From positions 480,001-544,000 of the forward strand of contig CM000431.1 in NCBI GenBank assembly GCA_000165345.1: a stretch of DNA of 64,000 bases. The letters are read 5' to 3'. The notes beneath the pieces were generated by a model, which had not been told where the DNA came from, did not search any database, and saw only the letters and a program-made list of their open reading frames with translations. A program made the translations under genes and the position numbers. This document shows positions 12,301 to 22,483 of the stretch, piece by piece; position 1 is the first letter of the stretch, and every line of letters starts with the position of its first letter.

Positions 12301-12674
12301 ACGATTCCTTTTTCAACTTTGTGTTCCAGATAAGATTCATTTTCTTCCAAACAACTAGTTTCGTAATCTTCAAATTTGCCAATATTACTAGATGGAAGTA
12401 ACTTCAATTGATTAATTTTGTAGCTTTTTGGAACAGAAACAGTTATTATTGGGCTATAGAATGTACAGGGTATTTGAAACTCAAAATCCACAATGTTAGA
12501 TTTTGAACCATAAAAATGAGTATTTAAATTGGAAACTACTGGTCGGTAAATACATGCATTACATGCAATTTTCGTTGTATTTATGCAAAAGACATAATTA
12601 AGTAAAAATAGACCAGAAAAAAACAATAACAGTAGTTGATTTGAGCCTCTTTTAGAAATTCTTGGAATCTTCAT
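9375..12674 (-). CDS. Large secreted protein (1099 aa) with N-terminal signal peptide, many N-glycosylation sequons and a hydrophobic C-terminal tail (possible GPI signal); lineage-specific surface/adhesin candidate
   Basis: N-terminus MKIPRISKRGSNQLLLLFFSGLFLLNYVFC is a signal peptide. C-terminus ...RKIPGVLTISLVLLLILI is hydrophobic. Dozens of NxS/T sequons. I recognise no homologue. Confidence 0.6.
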   Translation of the reverse strand: MKIPRISKRGSNQLLLLFFSGLFLLNYVFCINTTKIACNACIYRPVVSNLNTHFYGSKSNIVDFEFQIPCTFYSPIITVSVPKSYKINQLKLLPSSNIGKFEDYETSCLEENESYLEHKVEKGIVEKSSSIDTKNSLFAFDNIVNEQIPSCDLGKDAENELIQVFTSLGFQTWQVVSQNSSKCLEVPKYETKGTESLKMMGNLANGSYVLRFDLQNPIKEEFAGNWNLSITSTKNNFPTTPFCLTYIDQTSVSRTLGPMLGPLNVKNATFNSYYTGSQKGEFSFIINSLKWNGSNKINQQISEIGELEPIRIRLTFPACENQNDCYSINSKNSETFCQIYGHKYECYLERKKPELVLSIGLSEAIDNNNLNSIFPLKVGIKDLVIPFKSEANYKLKIEVLIPSVPISKPEFLNLNVSTVEEITKKNQCIGQWIKFLIKDQTVSNLMNNNNSLSYSSVSIGTYKLPKTRDIGIQIRYRVSNSETYPILLRIGKMNDKVQGSYNIRVKPLVEGAQFVKKELDQRIGYSNVLLNALIYDKSRLQEELSIEFETKSDSILLRNVDPDNPLECILLVEGPKSKRNSKYQENIFEAQKKEWEVEIFSIGDEIVQDEEENVQVITKKVLLGEILDPRETEISEIGGPFVFVDTKEKYSMVVYFFLIGHQYNRMMTISMLIPKSITEYINTDLNVRVIPPESYDISKTFSGGGVKITKYAKERILAITLESNEGFREGWWGLSIDITRPVVINSMHLTEYVEFNISSSVSTMDSPYLTSLLFLSVHENFKGPYKTPVANKLQYVKGENYIFQVISVQQSHTSFHPFPMLKDQIVELETNSPNYLVTKLMYMEKFRFLYIISEPSLDGKEIDIVTREIGNLGSSSCQIILVLGNGYFKGSKCDKVVKYSRLDKERNSNKSSGSKDKNFALVKRLLSKFLSSKEKFIMSLITLVIEEDDIETYDNGIYSADDTSPNERVNYNFIIKKKSKVNTWKLRLDPSPTYFESYYQFRKALISTHYYNLYTVPSSIQALKVCPPEVPILSQEKTSSQPLVLKYKFFSEIISSYNYSVTPNIPGTCIKQRLITSNSIDRKIPGVLTISLVLLLILI

Positions 12675-13157
12675 AAATTCTATTTAAGACCTTTTCTCTA
12701 ATTTTACTTAGGATTTTACGATGATTTGTCTATTTTAAGCAAAGTGTTATTATAATTAAAGATTCAATAGCTTTTTATAAAACGCAAGATAGAAAATTTA
12801 ATCCAAACCCCCAAAAAATATGGGAAAAATGAGTTATCTCGTATAGAACTCTTGAAAAAAAGGAAAATTTTCACTTTCAAATTACAAAAACAATACCGAA
12901 AATTTGGATAGACTTGTAAATACTATTCCACGAAACATACTGATCAACAGCCTTAATAAAGATAAATTCTTCAAAATATAGACAAAAAAAGTTTTGTAAA
13001 AAGTCTTATTTTTATCCCACACCTAACATTTCTCAATACAACGTGTAAATTGCAAGTGTGGGGAAATTGCATGCAGGTGGGAGATTTGCAAGTATGCACT
13101 CAAAATATATATGCTGTGTATAAATATGAATTAATTATTTTGAATACTAATTAACAA

Positions 13158-16100
13158 CTATAATTTCGAGTTTTGTAATTCTATTTGGATATTTTCAATA
13201 GTACTAGTAAGCTTCTGAGACTGGTCAGTAGAGTATGCGTTTTGAAGATAAGCTAAAGTACTAATTAAAAAGTTATTTGCCATGGAAACATGATTTTTAT
13301 TAAGTGGGGAAAGTTTCCTATTTTTAATCCAGCTGTCAAGAATTCCAATAATGCACTTTCTTAGGTGCAGAATAAAGAAATCGTGGTGATTTATAATAGG
13401 CTCAAACTTGAAAATAGGTGATTCAAGGGCTTTAATTCGATTAAAAATTAGCATAAATGGATCTGATGACGAGTTGGAAGCCAAAGAAGAGTCTAGTAAT
13501 GAAATATAGACGTCGAAAAGCAAGTCATATGGAACAGACCATGATTTATTCCAAAGTTGTATTGAAATGGATGTTGGGAGCTGGGATAAGTTGCAAGGAT
13601 CAATTATATTTTGGGATAATGCCGAGATATAATAATTAGTAAATTCAAAGATTGCTGTGATTGAATAAATTTGTTGAAAAAGGTCGTATTTTTCAAAAAT
13701 TTCCTGGTTTGATAATCCAACACAAAGGTAAGTCCTTGGAGTAACAGAAAGAGATCCTAATAATGATGTCCCTGAAATGTTGAGTAAAGGTGTTTGAATA
13801 AACTCTAATAACCTATTAATCGATTCTGAAAGATTATCAGGACCATTAAAACCAAAGAATTTGCTCAGAATTGGGAGTTGTGATCCATAATCAGGATCTG
13901 AGAAATGAAAATAAATTACATGATCTTTTGGCGGAATAAGGCTTTGAAGGAGATAGTCCGAAATTTGGCTGCAGAGATATTCTATATTATTGTCTTCTTG
14001 CTTAATTGACACACTAGATTCAAGTAAAGTTGATACAATCAAAAATGGTTCAATGTATGAGTTACTTTTGATTAGAGAGTTAAGTTCAGAACATGGAAAT
14101 ATCTGGGTGGAAAGAATTTGTATAAGTTGGTTAAAGGTTTGGCCTTGATTATATGCCAGCTTTTCAATATAGTCTAGCAAAGGAATTTGAAGATTTGAGC
14201 AGAGGGAAATAATTCCCTCCAAGTTTGAGATTGCATATTCAAGAGAGTAGTCCATTTGGAATTGATTTCTGTCAAAGTAAGACTCAGTTAAAAGCCTTGG
14301 AAGGAGTTGTGAAACATTCATATCTACTGATATTAAGCCTTTTCCTACTCCTGAAATGCAGATTTCTTTTATGAGCCTCAAGGTTTCAATTCTGGTTCTG
14401 ACATTTTTGCAGTAACTTCCACATAATACATTTTTGTTGAGAGAAAGCTCTGATAACATATTTATACATTTGATATATCCAGAATGTGTTTCTTGGAAAT
14501 CATCTAATAAGTAAATAGTAGAAAGAATGAAGTAATAAGGTGAGTAATTACTTTCAGCTGCTAGTCCATATAAAAATGAAGAGAAGTCATTCCAGTTATA
14601 CTCTTTAAGGTGTTGATTCGAATTTAATGACTTGAATGACTTAGAAATAGAGAAGGCAATAATACCCAAAAGAGACTTCTCTGAACATCTAGTTCTTTGT
14701 AATGAGTCATATCTGGAAATTTCGATAATATCTTCCAATAGGATTTGGCAGCAACATGAATTCCTTTTTTCGGCCCGAGTAAAGGTAGCAATGAACCTAC
14801 TCATCATTACAGGGAATAAATCTCTTAAAAGACGAGCCACACAAGACTCCAGAACCTTTTTATTAAAGCAAGATGAGAACAATGTCTTTAGTGGCTGACT
14901 GAAGCTAAGGAGAATCAGAGACTTCATTGAATTAAAACTTATTTCAGATAATGAAGCATTGCAATCAAATGATTCGATAAATGCGTCACACAAAGAGTCA
15001 GACCACGCCTTAATAATCTGTTCGATGTGTAAAAAGTAAATATTATAGTTTTGGGTATTGAACTCTTCTTGTGAATCTGATCCAATGAAATTCTGTTTCA
15101 ACTTCAATTGCTCAGTCAAAAGATGATCAAAGTGAGATATACAGTCTAAAAGCAGGAGAGTTGTTTCTTCAGTTTTATTGAATGGTTTCAACAATAATGA
15201 TGAAAAGATTTCTCTAAAATATTCATTCTGCGATGGATCTGCTTGAAAGTATTCCCAGTATTTGAAAGGTGGAAGTGAAAATCCTCCAATTGGAGGAAGA
15301 TTTCTGGAAGATATCCTTTCAATCATTGAACTCTCTTTTAAGTGATTATTATACAAGCAATCTCCAACTTCTATAGATAAGTCTGCAACCAATGCAAGTC
15401 TTTTCATGATTTTACTTGACTTTGAATTAACAAGCCAACCAATCTTTTTATATATTAATTTAATTTGGGTGACAAAGCTAATTTCTATTATAGAGCGATC
15501 TTGATAAGAAATCGCTTCCAGAATATTAACCGAAAAAGACTCCACAAACTTTTTAATCTGTGAGACTCCTGTATTTGAAACAATCAAATATAGAATTGGC
15601 ATTTCAGTTAGTAAATTCTGATCATGTTTAACAAATGTTTTAAACGTAAAATCCTTTAGCTCAGGTGGGGATGAATCAAATAAAGTTAGAAATCTGAATA
15701 ATTGGAGTAAAAAGTTGGTTATGTATGCCAATGACTTCAACAAAAATGTTGTAGAGTCTTTGAGATGAGTATCATAGTTTTTATTTAGCTCTTCAGACAG
15801 AATTTGATTGAAGGGCCGGCTCATAGTTGGTGGAATACAAGGGAGCGAAGACGGGTCAAAAACCTCGTTCCCTATTATATTTTGCGACCTCGAAAGAATA
15901 TTCAACAAACTTTGTAGCTTTGAAAGGCAAACTTCAAGAATTTGGGTTGTCAATTGCAATTGCATCTTATTTTCATACTTATAAAATGGAGGGAGCTCTA
16001 AAACACTTTTAAGATCAAAAGCTATCGCTCCAGAAAGAGCTTCAACCCACGGAGATGTCAAAGAAAGATGGTCATCAGTTAAAAATGAATCTTCTGGATG

Positions 16101-18431
16101 GACAAGTCTTCTAAATTGGCTCGAATTTGTACTTGAAGTGAGAGGACACTGTATTAGTTGCATAAATAATCCACTTGCCCCAACAATTTGTTGAAGGCCA
16201 TTCCATTTCAGTACTAAAAAGAAATATCTGGTTTCACCTACAAACACTATGCACCTATCTTTGACCCATCCAAGTAAATCATGCTGTCTATTATTGTTCC
16301 CTAGCGGATTTCCTCCATACTCAAGAAAAACATTTGGAGAAGCTCTGCTCCTCTTACAGGCTGAAGTGTGGAGATCTTCGAAATTATTAAGGTTGTTGTT
16401 GTTACTGTTTTCAGAGTAAGGAGTAAATTCGTGAATTGCTTTAACTTGCTCGTCAAACTCAATAATTATTGGTTCTCCTTTGGAACATTGGCTTGCAGAA
16501 GAGAAATTTCCATTATATCTGAGGTTCAAAGTTGGAGAATTTTGGCTATTCAAAGTCCTGTTCCTAAAATTGGAGCTTGAAGTTATTCCAATATCAGCAG
16601 GAAGAGAACTAAAAAGCCTAAGCTCAACTTGACAAATATTTTTGTTCGGAGTTTTTGAAAAGTCGGTACTGGCATTAACATTTTGGAATGAATAAGATGT
16701 TGCATTCCTGGTAATAATTGTGAGACCATTTCTATAGTAGGAATTTGAGATATTAGAATTCTCATTACGAGAGCTTGAAGCAGGAAGAACATATGTCAGC
16801 CAAAAGCCAAAAGTTAAATCGTTTGATGAATACGAGCTTGAACTCAATTTGGATTGATTAAAAGTGGTTTCAGTCTGAATCTTTTTTTTAGGCGACTCGA
16901 AAAGACTCTCGGGGTCAAATCTAAAGCCATTTATAACACTCTGGATAGAGGGCATTACTTCATTTGTTCTTTTAGAGCATTGGAATTGCAATCTTGTGCC
17001 ATTGTTGGTAAACAGTGAAAGGGAGAGATTGTAGTCAGAAGTAAAAAAAAGTTGGAGGTCATTTATATCAAATTGATTTTGATATTCTGCTCTAATTGAA
17101 TACATAGAAAATGACTCCTCGTTTTTCTTGAATAATGGGTTACCCGGTATCTTGGAGAAAATGTCAAAGATATCTTTTTTCCTCAGCATTGCAACAACTT
17201 TCAACGAACTTGGAGAAGAGAATCTTTTGGAGTCGTCTTTATTAAAAAGACCCAAACTAAAGTTTTCAAGATTTAGGTTTTCAGTTTTTGAAAAGAGTTT
17301 TTCACTATTTTGGAACTCAGATGAAACATAGTTATCCCAGTCTGTTGGCAAGAAAAAGGTATTAATATCCAAGTTAGATGCCCAGTAGCCTAAAGAATTC
17401 ACCATTCTACCCCAGGGAATAATGTTTGAAAGAACTTCCTTGCTATTAATGTCATTCAAATAAGCAGCAAGATAAATATTCTGAGATGTATCAAGAATTG
17501 CCATGAAGCCACAGGGTGACAGAGAGATTTTTTTGATTGAAAATGATCTGGGCATAAATCTCAGAAAAGTATATTTCAAGAAAAGTTCTTTTGTAAATGA
17601 ACTGTAAATCTGATGAGAATGTATGTAGCAATAAGGCGTTATCCAACCTTCACTTGATTGGTAGACCAGCTCGTGGATACTTGAACTGTTCTCTTCTAAG
17701 AAAAAGAATCTGCCATCCAGTGTACCTTGCAAGGAATGGAACTTTGAATTGTGAGAGCCAGGAAGAGAGCATTGGAGCATTCCGATATCCTTACCCCTGA
17801 TATTCATTATTGGGACTTTTATCAACCCAGCTCCTCTTGGAACAGTTTTATCATTGTCAGATACTTGTGAATAATCACCTGCCAAATCAAAGTTATCAAA
17901 TTTCAGAGCTAATAAATGAACAGATTTCTCTGTAATGACACACAGAAGATACTCAACATCACTAGTGAAAATACCAACTCGAGGAAACGTTCCTGTCATG
18001 TTTTTTATTGAAAATGGAAAAACAATGGTAAGTATTGACTCATCACTGGCTGGCTTTCCATCAAATCCTTGTTCAAAGTTAGAGGGAACGCTTCTCATTC
18101 TATCAATACTACGTCTTTCAGTAGAGGAACCAATGGATGATTCTCTTCTTAAAACTTTCTGAATTGTTTCTTCTATAGGGAATATATACAACATATTTTC
18201 CAATCCTACATAGCCATACTTTATATTTGGAATTACACCGTATACAAGTGAAGGCGATTTTCCTATGAGTAGTTGTACACGTTTTACATGCTGAATTATA
18301 GAGTTATGAAGAGGAAATGGCCCCTTCCACTCGATTCCAATGTACCCAACTCCTTCTCCTTGGCTAACAGAATCACTATATTGCTGAAGAATATTTGATA
18401 ATGTACTCGAGCCATTTGGCCTTGATTTCAT
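13158..18431 (-). CDS. Nucleoporin of the Nup155/Nup170 family (about 1757 aa); the track ORF starts at a GTG at 18494, and the first ATG is 21 codons downstream
   Basis: N-terminal beta-propeller-like region including 'GRFFFLEENSSSIHELVYQSSEGWITPYCYI', which parallels Nup155 '[28 protein letters not shown]'. Long alpha-helical C-terminal solenoid. Forward bases 18492-18494 are 'cac' (=GTG), and the first in-frame ATG is at 18431. Confidence 0.55.
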   Translation of the reverse strand: MKSRPNGSSTLSNILQQYSDSVSQGEGVGYIGIEWKGPFPLHNSIIQHVKRVQLLIGKSPSLVYGVIPNIKYGYVGLENMLYIFPIEETIQKVLRRESSIGSSTERRSIDRMRSVPSNFEQGFDGKPASDESILTIVFPFSIKNMTGTFPRVGIFTSDVEYLLCVITEKSVHLLALKFDNFDLAGDYSQVSDNDKTVPRGAGLIKVPIMNIRGKDIGMLQCSLPGSHNSKFHSLQGTLDGRFFFLEENSSSIHELVYQSSEGWITPYCYIHSHQIYSSFTKELFLKYTFLRFMPRSFSIKKISLSPCGFMAILDTSQNIYLAAYLNDINSKEVLSNIIPWGRMVNSLGYWASNLDINTFFLPTDWDNYVSSEFQNSEKLFSKTENLNLENFSLGLFNKDDSKRFSSPSSLKVVAMLRKKDIFDIFSKIPGNPLFKKNEESFSMYSIRAEYQNQFDINDLQLFFTSDYNLSLSLFTNNGTRLQFQCSKRTNEVMPSIQSVINGFRFDPESLFESPKKKIQTETTFNQSKLSSSSYSSNDLTFGFWLTYVLPASSSRNENSNISNSYYRNGLTIITRNATSYSFQNVNASTDFSKTPNKNICQVELRLFSSLPADIGITSSSNFRNRTLNSQNSPTLNLRYNGNFSSASQCSKGEPIIIEFDEQVKAIHEFTPYSENSNNNNLNNFEDLHTSACKRSRASPNVFLEYGGNPLGNNNRQHDLLGWVKDRCIVFVGETRYFFLVLKWNGLQQIVGASGLFMQLIQCPLTSSTNSSQFRRLVHPEDSFLTDDHLSLTSPWVEALSGAIAFDLKSVLELPPFYKYENKMQLQLTTQILEVCLSKLQSLLNILSRSQNIIGNEVFDPSSLPCIPPTMSRPFNQILSEELNKNYDTHLKDSTTFLLKSLAYITNFLLQLFRFLTLFDSSPPELKDFTFKTFVKHDQNLLTEMPILYLIVSNTGVSQIKKFVESFSVNILEAISYQDRSIIEISFVTQIKLIYKKIGWLVNSKSSKIMKRLALVADLSIEVGDCLYNNHLKESSMIERISSRNLPPIGGFSLPPFKYWEYFQADPSQNEYFREIFSSLLLKPFNKTEETTLLLLDCISHFDHLLTEQLKLKQNFIGSDSQEEFNTQNYNIYFLHIEQIIKAWSDSLCDAFIESFDCNASLSEISFNSMKSLILLSFSQPLKTLFSSCFNKKVLESCVARLLRDLFPVMMSRFIATFTRAEKRNSCCCQILLEDIIEISRYDSLQRTRCSEKSLLGIIAFSISKSFKSLNSNQHLKEYNWNDFSSFLYGLAAESNYSPYYFILSTIYLLDDFQETHSGYIKCINMLSELSLNKNVLCGSYCKNVRTRIETLRLIKEICISGVGKGLISVDMNVSQLLPRLLTESYFDRNQFQMDYSLEYAISNLEGIISLCSNLQIPLLDYIEKLAYNQGQTFNQLIQILSTQIFPCSELNSLIKSNSYIEPFLIVSTLLESSVSIKQEDNNIEYLCSQISDYLLQSLIPPKDHVIYFHFSDPDYGSQLPILSKFFGFNGPDNLSESINRLLEFIQTPLLNISGTSLLGSLSVTPRTYLCVGLSNQEIFEKYDLFQQIYSITAIFEFTNYYISALSQNIIDPCNLSQLPTSISIQLWNKSWSVPYDLLFDVYISLLDSSLASNSSSDPFMLIFNRIKALESPIFKFEPIINHHDFFILHLRKCIIGILDSWIKNRKLSPLNKNHVSMANNFLISTLAYLQNAYSTDQSQKLTSTIENIQIELQNSKL

Positions 18432-19425
18432 TTCTCCTGAGCTCAATTTAATTTTTGGGTTACTCCCCCCACATATTTCATCAAGCTGGTTCACTATTAT
18501 CTATAGGATTAATACAGAAAATATTCGATTATATTTAGAGGAAAGAACAAAGTACCTTAAACTTACCTCTGCTCCTCTTCGGAATTGAGATATATTAATT
18601 TCATCTTGCATCTTTACAAGAGAAATATGTAATCAGGTTTGCAAAGAGATGCCTTATGAATTACCATGAACTGCAGTTTGACCAACTTCCTTTTTGAAGT
18701 TTGAGTATTTATTGAGCCAAATTACCTTTAAGTATTTCATTTGATCACGTGCCCGCTCATTTTATTAATTGAATAAAAACCCTCCCTTATTTTACAGCTA
18801 AATGTCAAAATGATTGAGATATAAATGGAAACAGAAATAATTTAAATATACTATATACTTTAAAGTAATTTTGAAAAAGACAATTGGTAAAGATTCTGAC
18901 TGATTTAATTAGAAACAAAAGAAGGCTTCGGAGTTTTGAAAGAAAGTAACTATTGCACTTGTGAAATTTCACAATATAAAATTTAGAAAAAATCCTAGTG
19001 TTAAGATTTTGTCACGAAACAACCACAAAATTTACCACTGTTACGTAAACACAAGTGTTTAGCAATTCAGTAAGACTTTGAGAGTGAATAACACACAGGA
19101 AAGCTATTGCAAAAGCCTAACCTAGTTAAACACATGAAACGGATATTATTACATTGACAATTTTTCTTAAAGTCTAAAAATTCAATTACATATATATTTT
19201 AATATCAGATTAATTCATTTACAAATAATAATCCACCACAGGCAGGCGCCGGCGGCATATCCTTTTTGGATAATTCATTAATATTAACACGACTACACTA
19301 AGGCAGAGATAAAAGATAAAATTCTTGAAAACGACGTGGTTTTTGTGGCAAAGCACCTTACAATTATACCAGAAAATCTATTTCTTGAAGATATTGGCTT
19401 CAAAAGCTGAAGTTCTACCTTTCAG

Positions 19426-20442
19426 ATGATTAGCTTGATCAATGAAGGTGACACGTCATTACCACAGTGGAACAATATGATGGGGTTAAATAGCGATAGC
19501 GATGAAAGCGAGAATGGCTGGGTGCATTGGTATTGCGGATTAAGAGAACATTACTTCTTTATAGTTATCCCAAACGAATATACAAGGGATGCTTTCAACT
19601 TGTACGGTTTAAGACAGTACTTCCCTAAAAACTATGACAGTTTAATTGAGTTAATTTTGTCATCAAATATTCCAGACGAGGATGACTTAGCGGATCCTGC
19701 TCTACAAGATTTACATAGAGAAGCAGGGGAATTGTATGGTTTAATTCACGCGAGATATATTACCACTCCTAGAGGTCTACAGATAATGAAACATAAATAT
19801 GACAAAGGATGTTTTGGAAAGTGCCCTAGGGTACTGTGTAATGGATACAAAGTGCTTCCTGTTGGGATTACGAATGAATTAAGAAGTAGGAGAGTTAGGG
19901 TTTACTGCCCAAACTGTCAGGAAGCATACGACCCAAGAAACGTTAATCTAATTGATATTGACGGTGCTTTCTTTGGCACATCTTTCCCACATATTTTCTT
20001 GCAAGTGTATCCAGAGTACATTTCGACATCCTGCCCAGAGCCATATTATCCAAAGATTTTTGGATTTAGAGTTTCAGACAAGCTAAGCATCATTGAGCGA
20101 AAAGGCATTAATGGCGAATATGGTAAGAGAGCGCAAGTTGAAATGTTTAAGGCGAGGCCTTCATCTGTTCAGCATATAGAAAAACCCCAGCTGCTAAATA
20201 TTGGAACAGGAAAGCTTCAAAATTCAATGGTAGATGGTTCTAATGTAAATTCTTCCTCTAATCAGGATAATTTGAATTCAAGAAACTCCGAATATAACTC
20301 AACAGCTTCTTCTAAAACAATCAAGTCCTCCAATACTTCCAATGCGAATGTTTTGGCTTACCGTCCTGAAGATATAAATATGAACCAAATGCCATATAAT
20401 TTAAATTCAGCAAGTAGAAGTTGTAGTTACAGCAGACAATGA
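19426..20442 (+). CDS. CK2B: Casein kinase 2 regulatory beta subunit with an Asn/Ser-rich C-terminal extension
   Basis: WVHWYCGLREHYFFIVIPNEY...LYGLIHARYITTPRGLQIM...CPRVLCNGYKVLPVGI...RVYCPNCQEAYDP...DGAFFGTSFPHIF. This has the CK2-beta zinc-finger CPxxxC...CPxC and conserved blocks. Confidence 0.9.
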   Translation: MISLINEGDTSLPQWNNMMGLNSDSDESENGWVHWYCGLREHYFFIVIPNEYTRDAFNLYGLRQYFPKNYDSLIELILSSNIPDEDDLADPALQDLHREAGELYGLIHARYITTPRGLQIMKHKYDKGCFGKCPRVLCNGYKVLPVGITNELRSRRVRVYCPNCQEAYDPRNVNLIDIDGAFFGTSFPHIFLQVYPEYISTSCPEPYYPKIFGFRVSDKLSIIERKGINGEYGKRAQVEMFKARPSSVQHIEKPQLLNIGTGKLQNSMVDGSNVNSSSNQDNLNSRNSEYNSTASSKTIKSSNTSNANVLAYRPEDINMNQMPYNLNSASRSCSYSRQ

Positions 20443-20540
20443 TTAGCGAATATATACCCAATTAGATATTATAACCAAAATAGTCTTTAATTCACTTTAT
20501 TTTAGTACAGCAACTTCCCGCGTCTTTTCCATAAGAAAAT

Positions 20541-20560
20541 CGCATGCAAAATTGCATGCG
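20541..20560. promoter_or_regulatory. Inverted repeat of CGCATGCA (cgcatgcaAAATtgcatgcg) between CK2B and the EGF-repeat gene; candidate ApiAP2-type (TGCATGCA) cis element
   Basis: Perfect 8-nt arms separated by 4 nt, about 145 nt upstream of the 20706 ATG. GCATGC-containing motifs recur just upstream of other starts in this window (3763-3770, 29517-29525, 13067-13077, 55953-55963). Confidence 0.4.
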
Positions 20561-20705
20561 ATAGTATTTAGCTTTTATAGTTTCACATGCGTACCACTAC
20601 GGGGTGAGAGGGAGGGAATAAAAAGTTATATGTTTGAAAATTCATGAAGTAGATATAGGAAAGTGAATTTAGGATAATATGCATTTCCGTGTAATATGAA
20701 GTGAA

Positions 20706-22412
20706 ATGATGCTTTTGATTTCTTATATTATTTTTATTTATACATGGCTAATACTTTTCAAAAAAGTAGATGGATCCTTTCTAACAGGTAACAATATTGC
20801 TGCAATAACAACAAAACAAGGAACGAAAAGTAATACGGGCAGTATTTTAGGGAACGCTAACAGTATGGATACAATATTAATGACCGCAAAAATACTTTCC
20901 ACAGCTGACACCATTCAAAAGTCAATTCAAAATGAAAACAAAGACCAGAGAGTAAGGGCTAGTGGAGCAGAAGTCGGCCAAGAGAACTTCACCAATTTAA
21001 AAGGCCAGAATTCCACAAGAGAAGACCTTATAGGACCGGGGATTCAGTATTGTAATATTGATAAAGATGGCCTTTGCTGTTTAATGCCCAATTACTGTTC
21101 TAAAGAAGCAACCTGTAAATCTGACATAGTTGGCCAGCAGACTTATATTGACTATTTGAATGCACTCCCAAGATGTCAGTGCCTGCCGGGATATATAGGA
21201 GATGGAAGAACTAAAGGCACAGGCTGTCAGAATGTGAATGAATGTTTGACAGGAGAGGCAAGATGCGAACAGTTATGCACGGATTATTCTCCTGGATATG
21301 CTTGCAGCTGCAATATGGGATACAGGCTCAATACTAAAGACATGAGATCCTGCATAGATATAGATGAATGTATGGAAGGAAGTCATAGCTGTAGCCATAT
21401 TTGTGTTAATACACGAGGAAGTTTTGTTTGCGAATGCCCAAAAGGATATACTCTTGATAAGAACCAACAGGACTGTATAGATATTAATGAGTGCCAAGAA
21501 AATTCTGGGCTTGGACCATGCGAATTTGGTTGCAAGAATCTTCCAGGAGGATTTGAATGCCAATGCCCAAGCGGTTACAAACTTGATAAAAAAACTCAAA
21601 AATGCATTGATATTGATGAATGCAAAGAAGAAAAGAATTTATGCACAGGATTCGGTGAGGTTTGTTTTAATAAAAAAGGTGGATTTGAATGTAAGTGCGG
21701 TATTGGATTTCAATATGATGAGAATGAGAATGCTTGCAAAGATATAAACGAATGTGTACTAAATACTCATGATTGCAAAAAAGATTCGGTTTGTGTGAAT
21801 GAGGATGGTGGCTTCTCTTGCAAATGTTTAGAGAAGGGTTTCGAGTTTAATAAAGAAAAAAGGGCTTGTGAAGATATTGACGAGTGCTCTAACGGCGATT
21901 CTAAGTGTGATCAGTTGTGTTTTAATACCATAGGAGGTTATAAGTGCGGATGCTATAAAGGATTTAGGCTAAATTTAACAGGCCCTGAGGAGAACAGATT
22001 AGACGTACAATCCAGAGTTTGTATAGATATAGATGAGTGCTTAGAATCACCAGAGTTAACAGGTTGTTCTCATGGATGCATAAACAAAAGAGGAGGTTTC
22101 CAGTGTACTTGTCCAAAAGGCTTTCAGCTAGGAATGGATGGAAAAGTTTGTGAAGATATAGATGAATGTAGGATGCCAGAAAATCCATGCGAGAACAATA
22201 GACAATTTCCGTGCTGTTTAAATACTCTCGGAGGATTCACATGCGTAGAACAAATAATCTCTGGAGATTTATTTAAAAGACATGAGTGCCCTAAAGCTGA
22301 TGGAGATAGCATTAAAAGAGAACCTAAAACTGGAAATGTAAACAATAGCAGTGGCATATTTAAATGGTTCAGATCAAATACAGATACAGTAAATAGATTG
22401 AAAACAAAATAG
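20706..22412 (+). CDS. Secreted protein with about 9-10 tandem calcium-binding EGF (cbEGF) domains
   Basis: Signal peptide MMLLISYIIFIYTWLILF. Repeated 'D(I/V)(D/N)EC...C.N..GS/GF.C.C..G(Y/F)' modules, for example DIDECMEGSHSCSHICVNTRGSFVCECPKGY. No C-terminal TM helix. Confidence 0.8.
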   Translation: MMLLISYIIFIYTWLILFKKVDGSFLTGNNIAAITTKQGTKSNTGSILGNANSMDTILMTAKILSTADTIQKSIQNENKDQRVRASGAEVGQENFTNLKGQNSTREDLIGPGIQYCNIDKDGLCCLMPNYCSKEATCKSDIVGQQTYIDYLNALPRCQCLPGYIGDGRTKGTGCQNVNECLTGEARCEQLCTDYSPGYACSCNMGYRLNTKDMRSCIDIDECMEGSHSCSHICVNTRGSFVCECPKGYTLDKNQQDCIDINECQENSGLGPCEFGCKNLPGGFECQCPSGYKLDKKTQKCIDIDECKEEKNLCTGFGEVCFNKKGGFECKCGIGFQYDENENACKDINECVLNTHDCKKDSVCVNEDGGFSCKCLEKGFEFNKEKRACEDIDECSNGDSKCDQLCFNTIGGYKCGCYKGFRLNLTGPEENRLDVQSRVCIDIDECLESPELTGCSHGCINKRGGFQCTCPKGFQLGMDGKVCEDIDECRMPENPCENNRQFPCCLNTLGGFTCVEQIISGDLFKRHECPKADGDSIKREPKTGNVNNSSGIFKWFRSNTDTVNRLKTK

Positions 22413-22483
22413 GTTAATTATAATTTATAAGTTAGTACATAATTTAATAAAGACAATAATCATAACAAGAAACTCAAATATTA

